A DNA stretch of 58,594 nucleotides, from positions 1 to 58,594 of the forward strand of contig LWCA01000081.1 of NCBI GenBank assembly GCA_001642005.1, written 5' to 3'. The notes under the pieces are model-generated. The model did no database searches. It was not told where the DNA came from and saw nothing but the letters and a program-made list of their open reading frames with translations. Below are positions 26,890-40,304 of this stretch, in pieces. Source of the stretch: Intoshia linei (taxonomy: Eukaryota; Animalia; Orthonectida). Each line of letters starts with the position of its first letter. Positions within the stretch are counted from its first letter, which is position 1. Position numbers and translations under genes: made by a program.

Positions 26890-27484
26890 CTAATATTTTA
26901 TTTGTTGTTTTTTTTCGAGATTTTTTTGAACATATTCAGTAACGTTGAAATTATCAAGACGTAAATTGAAGGTATTGACAAGTTGAATTCCTATTGTCGT
27001 TTTCATTTTTATTATAACGGAATAATCAAAGTATAACTTTTCTGTAATAAAATAGATTATACTGTAAATTTTGATATAATTAATATAATCTTGTTTAGTA
27101 GTTAACCATACACTTTTGTAATTTAGAATTAAATAATATTCATCTATTAGGTGTATTAAGTACATGATAATTTCTGGAAAACTGACCGAAAAGCCAAAAC
27201 TTAATATTAAATGTATTATTCAAAAGACTGCAATTGTGATAGCATTTTTTCATATAAAAGTTGAATGAGGCATTCAAAAGATTCGAAAATAATGGCATTG
27301 TAAAAGATTAAACTATAAAAACAAATTTATTTGAATAGAGTAAAACTTGCATGTAAAATTCATTCAATACAACACAAATTACGTTCAAATGAGTGTATAT
27401 TGTTTCTTTTGCATTAGAATCTATCCGTTTCGAAATGATGACAATCAGCATCACTGATAAAACCAATTTACTGAGATTTTTCAT
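26890..27484 (-). pseudogene. Orphan gene with signal peptide, frameshifted (paralog of 7751-8319)
   Basis: MKNLSKLVLSVMLIVIIS...YTHLNV...LNEFY starts at 27484. KCYHNCSLL lies in a second frame and the C-terminal ORF 26890-27165 in another. Confidence 0.5.
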
Positions 27485-27952
27485 TGAATTTGCAAAAATT
27501 TTTGATATATGAAACGTAGATAAACAGTTTATTATATAAAGTTAACAAACTATATAGTTACATTAGCATATTATATATCCATTAAAATATATAAAAGAAG
27601 CTGAACTACTTTAAATTTTGTAAAACATAACTGTAATTTATGTATTAACACGATGCCACCATCATTAGTTCAGAAAGAATCAAATTAATACTGATTCCAC
27701 TTTGTACCTCAGGCCGCATAGTAATTGGAAATTACTAATTGCCGTTACAAAAAAGGTACAAATTAAAGGGGTGACCAGTGCCCACCCCTGTATTACCAAT
27801 ATGATGTTTATTGTCAAGTTTAAAGATGCTAATATCAATAACTTGATTTATTCCACGTTTATCAATAACTTTAGTTGAATTTCTATGAGAAATACATGTT
27901 TGTATTAAGTAAACAAATTGAGTTACCATTTGTTAATATTTGTTAATCTAAA

Positions 27953-30900
27953 ATGTGGAATGAAAGCATAGAAAACTTGATTCCAATAATCAACAATTTA
28001 CATGACATTTCTTCTTCCGTGGGGGAAGCATTAGATTTTGATTTGCCACTCATTGCGGTGGTAGGATCGCAAAGTGCGGGTAAAAGTAGTGTACTAGAAA
28101 AATTCGTCGGCAGGTATTATATTTAAAATGCATATAATGAAATATTTTTAATTAGAGACTTTTTACCTCGTGGATCAGGAATTGTCACACGTCGTCCTCT
28201 TATTTTGAAATTGATACATAACCCTAATGAAGGTAATATACAAAACAACAAAAAATTTGCTAAAACTTTAAATTACAGAATATGGTATATTTTTGCATAA
28301 AGGAAGCAAAAAATATTTTTCGTTCCAAGAAATTTCACAAGAAATTATAGACGAAACGGAAAGAACTGTTCCAGGAAAACAAGTATCTCCGTCACCCATC
28401 AATTTGACTGTTTTATCACCTAATGGTTTGAAATAATTAATCCTGAATATAATTATTTTAGTTATGAATTTAACCCTCGTAGATTTACCCGGTTTAACGA
28501 AAATAGCTGTGGGTGGACAGGATAAAAATATTTCAAAAACCATAAGAAAGATGGTTCTGTCGTTTATTAATAAACCAAACTCTTTAATCCTTGCTGTTTC
28601 TCCAGCGAACGTAGATTTAGCCAATTCGGATGCACTCAATATTGCTCATGAAGCAGACCCTTCCGGTATTTATAATTGTTATTATTAATAATATTAATAT
28701 TAAAGGTTCCCGGACTATCGGGGTAATAACTAAATTGGATTTAATGGACCAGGGAACTGATGCACTGGAAATTTTAAATAATAAAGTGATACCACTTCGT
28801 AGAGGTACATCATTATAATGTGCATTATTAAAATATAATTTAATTAACTTTTAAAGGATATATTGGGATTGTCAACAGATCTCAAAAAGACATTGATGGT
28901 AATAAAGATATAAAGGATGCAGATCAATCCGAACGAGAGTATTTCTTAAAACATCCAAAATACAGGTAATATCATATTGTCATTTTATTTTCAGATAAAT
29001 GTTATTATTAAAATTAGAGCAATTGCCAATAGATGTGGTACTAATTACCTTCAAAAAACACTTGCGGAACAATTAACCAATCACATTAGGCTTGTACTTC
29101 CTAAATTAAGGGAAAAGATTACCAAGCGCAACATTAATTTGAAAAATGAATTGGACACGTTAGAAATGTCTGCCATGAGCAATATAAACGTTCGGGCTAG
29201 GTTTATCGTCAGGTAATAATATTATTCAAACGGGTTTTTCTCACATAAGGTCCTATTTACTATTTCCTCTGTGCTTTAAATAACAGATTGGTCAAAAATA
29301 ATCAATATATTATCTTTCTTTTGGGGATTAAAAAAATTAAAAAAAAATCTCTATACAAACAAAACCTACCAAGCTCAAGCTCAAGGCCACCGAAAACGGA
29401 AAATAGTCACTAAAAATTAATTTCACAAATAGTGTAATATAGCCCATAGCCACCTCTCCAAAACTCAATTTATCTTGACTTGACATTTGAAATTTAACAC
29501 AAAAAAGTGATAATATTCAATATAATTTTTAATGCTGAATTTGAAAAAATGAGGTTACTATTTTACAAAAACTTTGCCGATGGTAAAGATTCGGTACTGT
29601 AGGTTCTAAACTTTCATACCTTCAGCTGGAATCGTAAACAGATTACCCATACTTACAATGTACGTCGTACATGTGCTTGAAAATAAAAGGACGCGGCACA
29701 AATTTTTGGACCAGTCTGTAGTAAAATATACAATAATGCATTTATTACCCATATATTTTATATATACCGGAGTCTATCACTTTGAAGGCCCTGGTTTAGT
29801 TATGTTGATGTTTCAAAACTTGATCGTTTATTTTCTTTGTGGTAAATATCGTAATTTTAATTTTTGAGTCACATTTAATAATTAAATATCGTTAAAATAA
29901 TATTTAATTTTCAATTAAATTAAGTTCGATACAACAATTTACCGACATTTATGCTTCCATTATTTATGGCATACGAAATAGAGAAATGGAACGATTGCTA
30001 TGCGGGTACAATATAGAGCGACTTTTAACACAACGATTGGGCTATGAATTAAGAAATGTATATTTAATTTTATTATTTTAAATGTATTTACATAATTCAC
30101 ACATTACCACTCATCTTAGGTTGCCTTGAACAAAAAATTCTTGAGTGACAGAGTTGCAATTGCCATTAAAAACAGTGCTGGTATAAGGTTTGTAGTTTTA
30201 TTTATTCATTTATATTTTTATCTTATTGATTTATATGTTACCAGAGCCGAACCTAACCTAAAAATTTTCGACCCTAAAAATATTTTGAAAACTATTCAAA
30301 GATGCAATATATCCTTGGCATCCTCACTACGGGTCTAGACTTGACAGATTAAATTTTACACACAAGATAGTTATAATATTCAAAAATATAATTTTTTTAC
30401 ATGTTCAACTCGGAAAAACTGAAGATAGTTTCGGGTACCATAGGCTCGGTTTTGCATGTAACATATATATATCCTCTCAGTTTCTCAAATAGTCAAAAAA
30501 TAATAAATAATAAAAATAATTAAATTTGTTAATTTCTTAAAATTACAGTAACACAGTGCAATTTAGTGGTGACACAAAATTCAATAGCGATCAAAATATT
30601 TTTAAAAGTCTAAAAAAATTAATGCGCATATCAGTGTTTCTCAATAATTTTACTAGTGATGTAAATAAACTGTAACACACACGCAGAAACTCAAATATAT
30701 ACTTTAAAAGTCAGAATAGATGTTTCACAGTCAGATATCATTATTGAAAGTCTTGAATCAAGATTTGTATGTTTTGTCAATCTAATTAGCTATAATTCCA
30801 TAAAAAAAAAATTTTAACATTTTAATTATTTTAACCACAATTTTTTTTAAATTCTAGGGCTGTTTTCATTTAAAAAAAAAGCGTAATTTGGGGTTTTTGC

Positions 30901-33900
30901 CCTGAAGATATATATTTGTTCAATTTAAATTTATGATAATATTTATGATTTTAAAATCCGTATCTCAGTATATTTTTTTTAAATTTTCGATCTTGTTTGA
31001 TTTTCAAAAAAAAGACAATGGCGCTTTTTGACTCGTAAGATGTGAGTTTTATAGGTTTAAATTTATCTTATCAACACCCCTAAAAAACTGTAATTGAAAT
31101 GTGAACTTAATAAAATTCTAATACTGGTAGTTATTGAAATAAACGATAATACACACAGACAAACAAAGCATATTATATAAGTAAAGATAATATCAAATAT
31201 TATTTTAATTTAAATTAATAATTAATTCCCATATATTCAACGGTTGTCGATTTGCTGGTACCAACAAATTTTTTTAATTATATAAATAACTAATTTGTAA
31301 AATGATGTAACAATGACGCTTATGATTCTTACAAATTTATAATGTTTAGAAATAAGCACTTGAAAAAATGGATTTTTTCTTTATGGTTGCTAAAATTTTG
31401 GGTTTTTATTTTTTGGTTGAATTAATAGTCTTTCTCGTAAGGTTTGGTAAATTGTAAGTTTTTAAAAAAATGTAGGAAAAGATTTTTTACCCAAAATTAA
31501 GGGCTGGTAGGTTTAAGGGATGGTAAAATAGGATTTTTAAATAAAGGACTTGAAATGGTATTTTTGGTAAATATTATTAAATTTTATTAATGGTGGGATA
31601 AAAGTGGGATTTTTAAAATAATAATTTAGCAGTAGGTTGGACTTTGGAAAAAAATCAACATCTGGCAACTCTGCAACAATACATTTTACAAAAATAAGCT
31701 AATTTTTGAGTTTTGACTGGTGATGAAACCAGAAATGCAGGTACTAATACCAGCACGTGCTGGTAACATCTTTGCCTATATTATTTTTTTATAAAAAAAG
31801 TCAAAGTTAGTCCAACCACCCAAAAATTTTTCTGTGGACATTAACCCTGACGCTTGTAAGGAAAATTAAATAAAAAGTAATATCCACGATATACTATACG
31901 ATTTTATATAGTGTGAACATTTTTCATTTTACAAAGTTTTTAATATGTCAAAATTTAACAGTTAACTTTAAAGTTAATTCTTTGAATTAGAGTTGACATT
32001 TTTCTATCATCAGCCGTGTTGGAAGAATTGATACGTTCCATAATAAAAAAATTAATACAACCAGTTCATTTCGTTATTGAAAAAATACTCAACGAACAAA
32101 AAAATTGTGTCCATGAAACTGCAGAAACGGTACATATCTTTAATTATTATTATATGTTTATTCACTATAATTATTAATGGATACATAATAATAATAACTT
32201 ATATATATAATAATACGTGATTATTTGGATATGATGGCACCATTAATTATTTAATTTAGGTTATAAATATTACTAGTTTTCAGTTATATGTTAAAGATTT
32301 AATTTTAACCAAACTTAATAAAAACGTATCAAACTTAAAAGATTTTATCGATGTATTGATTGAAGCCGAATGTGGTCATATTTACACGAGAAGCAACAAA
32401 TTTACTTTGAAAAATGCCACGTAAGTTTTAAAGATAAAATGAAAATGTTTTTTGAATGGGATTACAAATGGGTGCTCATTTATGAAAAAATCAAAAAATT
32501 AAAAAAATACATAGAATTTGATAAATATAAATAAACTGCGTTAATTTTCAAAACTAGAAATGAAGTAACTTCAAATGACGAGGATGGTGTCAGTGATTTA
32601 AACGAAAAGGTACAATAAATATTTTTTATTATTCTAGAATTGTATTTAGAATGTAAAACGAGGACCAGCAAGAATAAAATACAGCGCATATTTCGCAAAA
32701 AATGATTATTGGTTTGTTCTAACAAGTCAACAATTGGCAGTATACAAAAAACCTAATGTAATTGCACAAAATTTATTCATATTATGATAAAATTAAAGTC
32801 ACATGTGATACATGTTTATTATTACTTTTAGATGGCTAATTTGAAATTTTCAATAGATACTAGAGATTTGGTTATAAACGCAGAAGATATTAGCAAAATT
32901 AAAGAAAAACATTTGCATTTAAGCAGAGTTGATGAAAAGTAACATGTCCTTTTTCAATAACTAAATTGACCAAAAAAAAGTTGTCAAATTATTAATTACT
33001 ATCTTGCCTGTTATGTACTTTGTACAAACAGTACCTAGCTTTTCAGGGACCAACCTTTTAATTTTAATAGAACCATTGAAAAAATATTCGTTTATAAATT
33101 ATAATATATTAAGATATTTTTAACCGGGAATCCGTAGACTTCTGGGGTTTAAATTTTTTCTCTAAATCAACTAGAACAAAATGTACCAAAATAATCGTTT
33201 TTTCAAATTCTAGGACCATTAGTTGTTTTATATTTTTTGTTTTAATAAAATAGTTACCAAATAAATAAATGAATCCTAAAGTGCTTTTTATCGTGACGGC
33301 GTCATTTTGAGATTGAACATTTTTGTGAATTGGAATGTTAATTGGAAATAACCGTATTAGGTTATTTTTTTTAAATTATACAAATCTTCATTTCAAAAAA
33401 AGAGTAATCTGGGGTTTTGATCTTGGAAATTAAAGTTTTTGAGATTGGGATTTATTATAATGCTCATGGTTTTAAAAACTATAACACAATTTGTTTTATA
33501 AAAATTTAGAACTTTTTTTGATTTTTAAAAAAAATGTAATTTGGGTAACCAAAAATAACTAAATTTCTGAAAATCAAATTATCGATAAAACATTAATCTC
33601 AAAAGATTTTATTAGAAATGTGGTTTTTTAATTGTAGGACTTAATTGCTTCTTAGTACACTCAATGGAAAAAAAGTTAAAAAATACTGAATTATAATGAT
33701 TATAATTAGAATCATCTAATTTATCAGCTAAAATTAGTCTAAAGTTGAATACAATTCATTGTAATATATCAAAACTTTTAATTTAATTTGTACAATATTG
33801 GCGATAAAATATTGGGGTCCAAAGGAAAAAAGTATCTGAATGTGATCTTTGAAAGTCTAGTACTCTGAATTTGTGAAATAAATAGAAACAGACAAACATT

Positions 33901-36900
33901 TCATTGAAAAATATTTCTTTTATTTTTGAGTCGTTTTGTATAGTGAGAAATTTAGAAAAATATATAAAGATGCTAAATTCTTGATAATGACCATGTCTCC
34001 AGATAACTATGATGAAGATATCGAAGACTGGAAAGCTGCTTTCATGACTGCAGGTGCTGCATTAGATGAAATCGACAGAATATCGGATATTGATAATAAT
34101 GATATGGAAACTTCTGTTAATGTAATTTTATCGTATTATTGGTGAGTTACTATTTATATTAATAAAAAATATAATATAATATATATACTATAATATAATA
34201 ATAATAACCATAATATAAAATACTAAGTTGACTGTTATGTACTACGTAGAAACAGCACCTAGCTTTGCCGAGGGCACATTTTTATTCTGCCAAAAAAATA
34301 AATTTACGTTGAAAATCTAACTTAAAATCTTACTATTCACTATTATCAATCCTTTAAAGGAATGGTTCCCAAATTCGTTTCAGGTGAAACCGTTATATCA
34401 CATTACTTTTTACTTTAATGTGAATTATTCCATATTAATTTTTTGTTTGTTAACATTTGTGTAAAGAATTTTAAAAACAATTATTATCCCATTTTTTTAA
34501 TTTAGTAGGCAGAATGTGTGTATATTAAAAATAAAGTAAAAACAGTCCAATCCTAAAAATTTTTCATAAAAACCTATTTTATCATTTTTAATGTGATAAT
34601 ATTTATATTCAGTACCAATTTAATAAATACTTAAAAATATCTATTATAATTAACGGAATCAACACTTTATAAGCATATTTCGGGTGAATTTTACCAATAT
34701 TGCAAAATTGATTTTTAAAAAAAAAACAATTAGGGTTTTGGACATGTAAGATGTGAGTTTGCGAGGTTTAAATTTATTTTGCTAACACTTTTGGAAAAAA
34801 CTGCAATTGAAATGTGGATTTTATAAAATTCTAAGACTGGTAGTTATTGAAATAAACGATAACACATACACAAACAAATATTGTATAGCATATTATATAA
34901 GTAAGGATTGTCATTATGTTTATTATAAAAATTCCATAGTTTGAGCCACATATTTTTGCGAAGCATTGAATTAAGCAATCAAAAAGAATTTTAATTAGTA
35001 TTACAATCTAATTCTTGTTTAACGGAATTTATCGTTTAAGAAAAAAAAATCCTGATTAACCGACTATAAATTTTTCTCAAGTACAAAAATTCCGTTAAAT
35101 TTTAACTTAAAATGACTAACATCATAATTATACTTAAGCTTTTTCGATTCAAATTAAAAGCTTTAGATAGGTGAAACATTTTATTTTCTTCTTGATTAAT
35201 GATTTAATTATTCATTTTATTAATGGTTGATTATTAATTATATGAAATGACCTGAAATATAAGTTAAGTGGAATAAAAACTAAAATGACTGAAAACTATG
35301 ATGAAATGAAAAACTAATAAAAATGAAAATATTTTCATTTTATCATTGTTTCAATGCAGTGATTCCATGTTCAAATAGTGTACGGACCCCATTTCAAAAT
35401 ATTTATTTTTTTGGACTCTAAGGGAAACATGAAATATAAAACATTAATGAAAAAATTAAAGGTTTTTCATCATAGGATTTGATATAATCGTGTTTTTCAA
35501 AAAAGTATTGGAAAAAAATGATTTTTTTATTGAGGATTGGTGAAATTTCATTTTTTACTTTATTTTTCAAAATAATATTGGAAAATAAGGATATTTACCT
35601 TAAGCGTTGGTAATATTGGAGTTTTATTTGGAGTTTGAATAAGAGGTTTTTCTCATAAAATTTGGTAAAATGGAGTATTTTAAAAAATATTTGAAAAAGG
35701 GTATTTTTCCTTAATGGTTTGATTAAGTTATTTTTTTCATAAGGTTTCGTAAAATCGGATTTTTCAAAAAAATATAGGTAATCCCTTAGGATTCCTGGAC
35801 CCCATTTTTAGAAACACTGTACTAGATTAAAATGAACTTGATTATCAACATAAAATAAAACAAATTAACAAATAACTTTTAACTGGGCACTTAATATTCT
35901 GGTGCACCTGAACTCCAGATTTTGCAATATTCTGGTGTCCAGAAAAACTCTCATATTCAGTTATAACTAAATCTGATTTCACATCAATTCCTTATCTAAA
36001 TTGAACACCAACTTGAAAATGAAGCAAAAATTATTTTTAAATCTAAATTTTCTGCGCCCCTGGGTCTCATTCAGTATGTTGAAAATGCCTCATATACGAT
36101 ATACCCTGTCTTAACGCAAATGAAAAGATAAAATTTATAAAAATGTAATAATACATTAAATTTTAGAAAGACGAAATGGATAAAATTCTAACAATAAAAA
36201 AACTAGTCAGGTTTTATATGGATGTCACGTTGGACAATTTAACGGATATTATACCCAAAGTCATTATAGAATTTATGGTTACACGTGTAATAAAATTATT
36301 TATTAAATTTTAAAACCAATTTAAAATAATTTAGTTATTCAAATACCTCAGATCTGATTTGATTGCGATAATATTTTCAAATGAGGTATTCATTTATAAA
36401 TAATAATATTCGAGTATTGTAACCAGAGATGAACCTACCTAGCTCGCTGTCGCCTTAAAATGAAAAGTGGCACTAAAAAAATTTCAAAAACGACGCATAG
36501 TGTCATATATCCCTAAACACCTCTCTAAGCCTCTTGACATTTTAAATTTAACACCCAAAATTGTAATATTCAAGAATATAATTTTATAATTTTTAATGCT
36601 CAATTTGGAATAACGTGGCCATCATTTTACAAAAATTTTGTAGAGGTCCCAAAAAGGCGTCTCGTACGTTATGTTCAGCATAAGAAATGTCAGTTTATGG
36701 ATATTTAGAATTTGGATGAATTTTTCAATGAGTCACCACTCGAAAAACTAAAGAGAGAGGAAACTAGAAAAATTTACGATGCTACCAAAGAAGCCCTTAA
36801 ACACATTAATGAAATTGTTTCAAATACCAGACAAACAAATATTCCTCCTCCACTGCAGATCAAGTATATTGCTTCTACTTTACATAAATTAAAACAAATA

Positions 36901-36942
36901 TTTAGAGAAGATAAGAAAAATAAACACAAAAAGGTAAAGTAA
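27953..36942 (+). CDS. Classical-type dynamin (GTPase, stalk, PH, GED), divergent; about 17 exons, 3' end approximate
   Basis: GTPase motifs [44 protein letters not shown] and VITKLD. PH-like DYWFVLT (~32705) and KIYKD...[10 protein letters not shown] (~33960-34060). GED-like YMDV...[12 protein letters not shown] (~36215-36285). Confidence 0.9.
30242..30454. mobile_element. hAT-type MITE (CAGAGCCGAACCTA family) in a dynamin intron
   Basis: TIRs cagagccgaaccta and taggctcggttttg. Flanks tatgttac/catgtaac match 6/8. Confidence 0.65.
34223..34907 (-). mobile_element. Non-autonomous Helitron-like element in a dynamin intron
   Basis: Minus strand reads A|TCCTTACTTATAT with a GTTT/GT microsatellite near the 5' end, and ends gtagtacataacagtcaacTTAG|T. 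Confidence 0.68.
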
Positions 36943-37047
36943 AGTAGAGTTGTAAAATTATTAAATCTTTAACTTTCTCTCATAAATATTGAATGAACTC
37001 TCGATAGAAAAAAATTAGTCTTGAAATGTGTATAATTTATTAATAAA

Positions 37048-38916
37048 TTACCAGTTTCTAGTTAAAGCATGTGTATGAACAAGTTTTTGATTTTTATAGA
37101 CTTCATAACCTATCATAGCCATTTTTCGTTTATCAATTTTGAAATTATCGGAACGAATGTATTCAATATCATTGTCAATATTTTTCAAATTTTCATTAAT
37201 CATCATTTTACTAAGACCAATTTCATAGTCACAATCCCTGAGGCCTATACATATGGATCTGGAAGCTCTAGACAAAATGGAAATGGTTGATAAAAAATTG
37301 GTCAGGATGTTTGATACTTTGAATAACAAAAACTGAGATTTATCCAATTCGTCGCTTTGAAACATTAAAATAATGTCTATACAATCAAAAAAGGATTTCA
37401 ATGATTTTTCAATTTGTTCGGCTTCAGAGCAAAAATTGTGGTGAATGTAATCATACAAGTTCATGTCAAGTGACGGTGATTTTGAATTCTCAAAAATTGT
37501 ATTTTTGATATGCTGTATAAAGTTTTTGGCGGTTTTAAAAGTATTGAGGGCGTTTTTGACTTGAGTAGACTTATTTTTAGCTAAATTAAAGAAACCATTA
37601 AACCCTACAAACTGTTCAATTGGAATATAACTAGATTCAATGCTGCAAATGTAATTAACGTCGTCTATGCATTTTTGAATGAAACTATTAGAACCATATG
37701 CAATGGAGCCCATAAATCTCTGACATTCGATCAAGACATCTATAGATTCCTTATGAGCGAAATTTTTTAAAACACACGCTTCCGCATCCACATTAGGTTC
37801 GTCGTACATGTCCTGAACATTTGAAATTAAATATATCATACTTTCTAGTGCATACGATGTTTTTACAAGTTTAAACATGGTTAATTTTGCCAATTCACCC
37901 TCCATTAACCTTTCATTGTGTACAATTTTCTGGGATCCATATTCAGCTAAATAGTTGATGGCGTTTTTTAAAATTCCGGAAACAATCGCTGCACTATAAA
38001 GTCGGCTATTGTGGAAAGTTTTCATAATTATATGATACGCACTTTTAGTGTGCGAAAGTATCGAATCTGCCAACGTATTATCAAATTTTACAGAGTATAA
38101 TTTATGATTTCCATACCCCGGCATGAGTTCAATTTCGAGGTTCTCATTTTTCACTAAAAATGCGCCAAATGCATCATCTACCGATGGAACATTTTGCTGA
38201 GCAAATACAATGAAATATTTTGCATCTTTAGCATTCATCACCAAACATTTTTTGCCGTTTAAAGTAAATTTATTGTCTTTACGTGAGGCAGTGCATTTCA
38301 TATTCTTAACATCTGATGTTCCTAGTTCTTCAGCAAGACAGTACGAAATTTGACATTTCTTTTCAAATACACGTCGGGCCATTTCATCTGACGCATATTT
38401 GGCAATAATACCGGTAGAAATTATATTATTTACTAATAATTCTGCCGCAAAGGTTGGCTTTATCGACAATGTTTCAAAAATTGCTACAGTTTTAGACTTT
38501 GAAAAATCATTTCCACCCATAAATTGAGGTATTCCAATTTCGTATATTCCAAATTTTTCAAATTCGCTATTAAAAAAAAAATCCGATTTCAGGTCTACTG
38601 CCACACTTTCCAATTCTGTCAAGTATTTTATTAAATTTTCATAATCATGCTTATTTGATATTTCAGGGTAAATTAACATATTTTTATCAAATTTACCCGC
38701 AACTAAATCGCTTAGAAATGGTTTGTGCTTTGACATAATCTTTTTACCCAAATTTTGAATTGATTCATGGTCTAGTTTTAATGATTCTTTCGTTATTTCT
38801 TTTACTGGGTCCAATTTTTGTAAATGCTGGCTTGTATTACGGTTTTTTATATTTATTCGGTTCCATAAGGAAAATTTGTATCTTCTAGATCTACTTAGCA
38901 AAGATTTAAATAACAT
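37048..38916 (-). CDS. ACAD9: ACAD9/VLCAD-like acyl-CoA dehydrogenase family protein, intronless
   Basis: About 620 aa with a basic leader, KPFLSDLVAGKF, YCLAEELGTSD, FTLNGKK, YALESMIY and LSRASRSICIGL (ACAD9-like C-terminal domain). Confidence 0.8.
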   Translation of the reverse strand: MLFKSLLSRSRRYKFSLWNRINIKNRNTSQHLQKLDPVKEITKESLKLDHESIQNLGKKIMSKHKPFLSDLVAGKFDKNMLIYPEISNKHDYENLIKYLTELESVAVDLKSDFFFNSEFEKFGIYEIGIPQFMGGNDFSKSKTVAIFETLSIKPTFAAELLVNNIISTGIIAKYASDEMARRVFEKKCQISYCLAEELGTSDVKNMKCTASRKDNKFTLNGKKCLVMNAKDAKYFIVFAQQNVPSVDDAFGAFLVKNENLEIELMPGYGNHKLYSVKFDNTLADSILSHTKSAYHIIMKTFHNSRLYSAAIVSGILKNAINYLAEYGSQKIVHNERLMEGELAKLTMFKLVKTSYALESMIYLISNVQDMYDEPNVDAEACVLKNFAHKESIDVLIECQRFMGSIAYGSNSFIQKCIDDVNYICSIESSYIPIEQFVGFNGFFNLAKNKSTQVKNALNTFKTAKNFIQHIKNTIFENSKSPSLDMNLYDYIHHNFCSEAEQIEKSLKSFFDCIDIILMFQSDELDKSQFLLFKVSNILTNFLSTISILSRASRSICIGLRDCDYEIGLSKMMINENLKNIDNDIEYIRSDNFKIDKRKMAMIGYEVYKNQKLVHTHALTRNW

Positions 38917-38987
38917 TTTTGTCAATATCAATTTTTATTTATTTACAATTTTAAATTTATTCCATAATCGAAATTTTTTCGTCTATG

Positions 38988-40055
38988 GAGTGTTTCTCAA
39001 CCGTTTTTACTGCGCGGAACTCTTATGAAATGTCAAAAAATCGCGGCACCTAAAAGCATGATTTTTTTTCGCATTTCGGATGCATATAAAACAATTTGAT
39101 TTTTAATTAAAAAATTACGCTTCTAATATTGAAAACATCAATTTTTAATAAAGTAATTTATTTTTCTTTCTCAATGAGAAATTTAGGCCTGATATTTTTT
39201 ACAGAGGTTTTTAATTCTTGGTCGTGTTTTTGAGAGACATACACGAAGTTCTTTTACCGACAGCAACCTTGCCCGTTTCTTATGATTAATTGCTGTCAAT
39301 GCAGAAAATCCCAATTCACAAAAGTAGGATGTTGAAAATTGCATTAGAATTTTTAAGGCTTTCTCTGCAATTATGGGATATTCCTTTTCATCTAATAATC
39401 AAAATTCATCAAGATTTAAGTTACCATGTTTCAATTTTAAAGTTCTGCCACTTGAAATACTAATAAGTTCTAATTTTAATTTTCTTATAACTTTTTAATT
39501 AAAAAAAATCTATTTTATTTATACTTGGAAAGCTTCTTCGCCACTACAATTCCAATACTCATACTTTCCCGGAAAACCCCTAATCATACCCTCCTCGAGG
39601 TTTGATTATCACTGGTGGATGCTACTCTTATAAGTAACATCCTAAATTTTTTCAAGCCTTTTTTTTGAAAAGTTAATAACGCTCTTGGCCAAAATCCCCC
39701 ATCTCCCCACAAGAAGTAAGGAACACACGGAATTTAGCCGGTAAAACCAGTTACCTCCCTCACACTACGAAGAAGCTTTCAGGCCCGTGAGAAATAACTT
39801 TTTAGTTAAATATTATTATAAAGAAGTAAGTTCCTTATTTAAATTATTTCAAAAGAGTTGGGCCAGTAAAAACCCACCTTCTTTACAATATTTCTCGTAA
39901 AGATAATCTGAATTATTATTATTTTTTAATATTATTTTTCAGGTTCCCATACTCACAACGTATAATACTTTTATTAAAACTTATTTGATTTAAATTTGAG
40001 AAATGATGTTGTTTCATTGCATACAACAGTAATTTAGAAAACTTTAATTATTCTA
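38988..40055. mobile_element. Buster/Charlie-like hAT non-autonomous element with a transposase C-terminal remnant; homologous to 48067-48934
   Basis: Starts gagtgtttctcaacc. The minus strand near 39270-39360 encodes MQFSTSYFCELGFSALTAI, a hAT dimerization-domain-like segment. Long collinear similarity to the 48 kb copy. Confidence 0.8.
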
Positions 40056-40304
40056 AATGTGACTAATTCATTAAAAAAACTAATAAATATATATCAAATC
40101 CAGTAAAATTGTCTATAAGAAATAAAGTACTTGTTTGGTGGATTGTTCATCTAGGAAAGATATAATTAGACGAATATATATTCCACTAACAAAGAACCTT
40201 TGCAATATAGCACAGGAACTGTATTTGAGACAGTTTGAAATATTTTAAAATAATGAAAAAAAAAATAAAGTTAATGTTTACACAGGTTGATAATTTGTTT
40301 GAAA

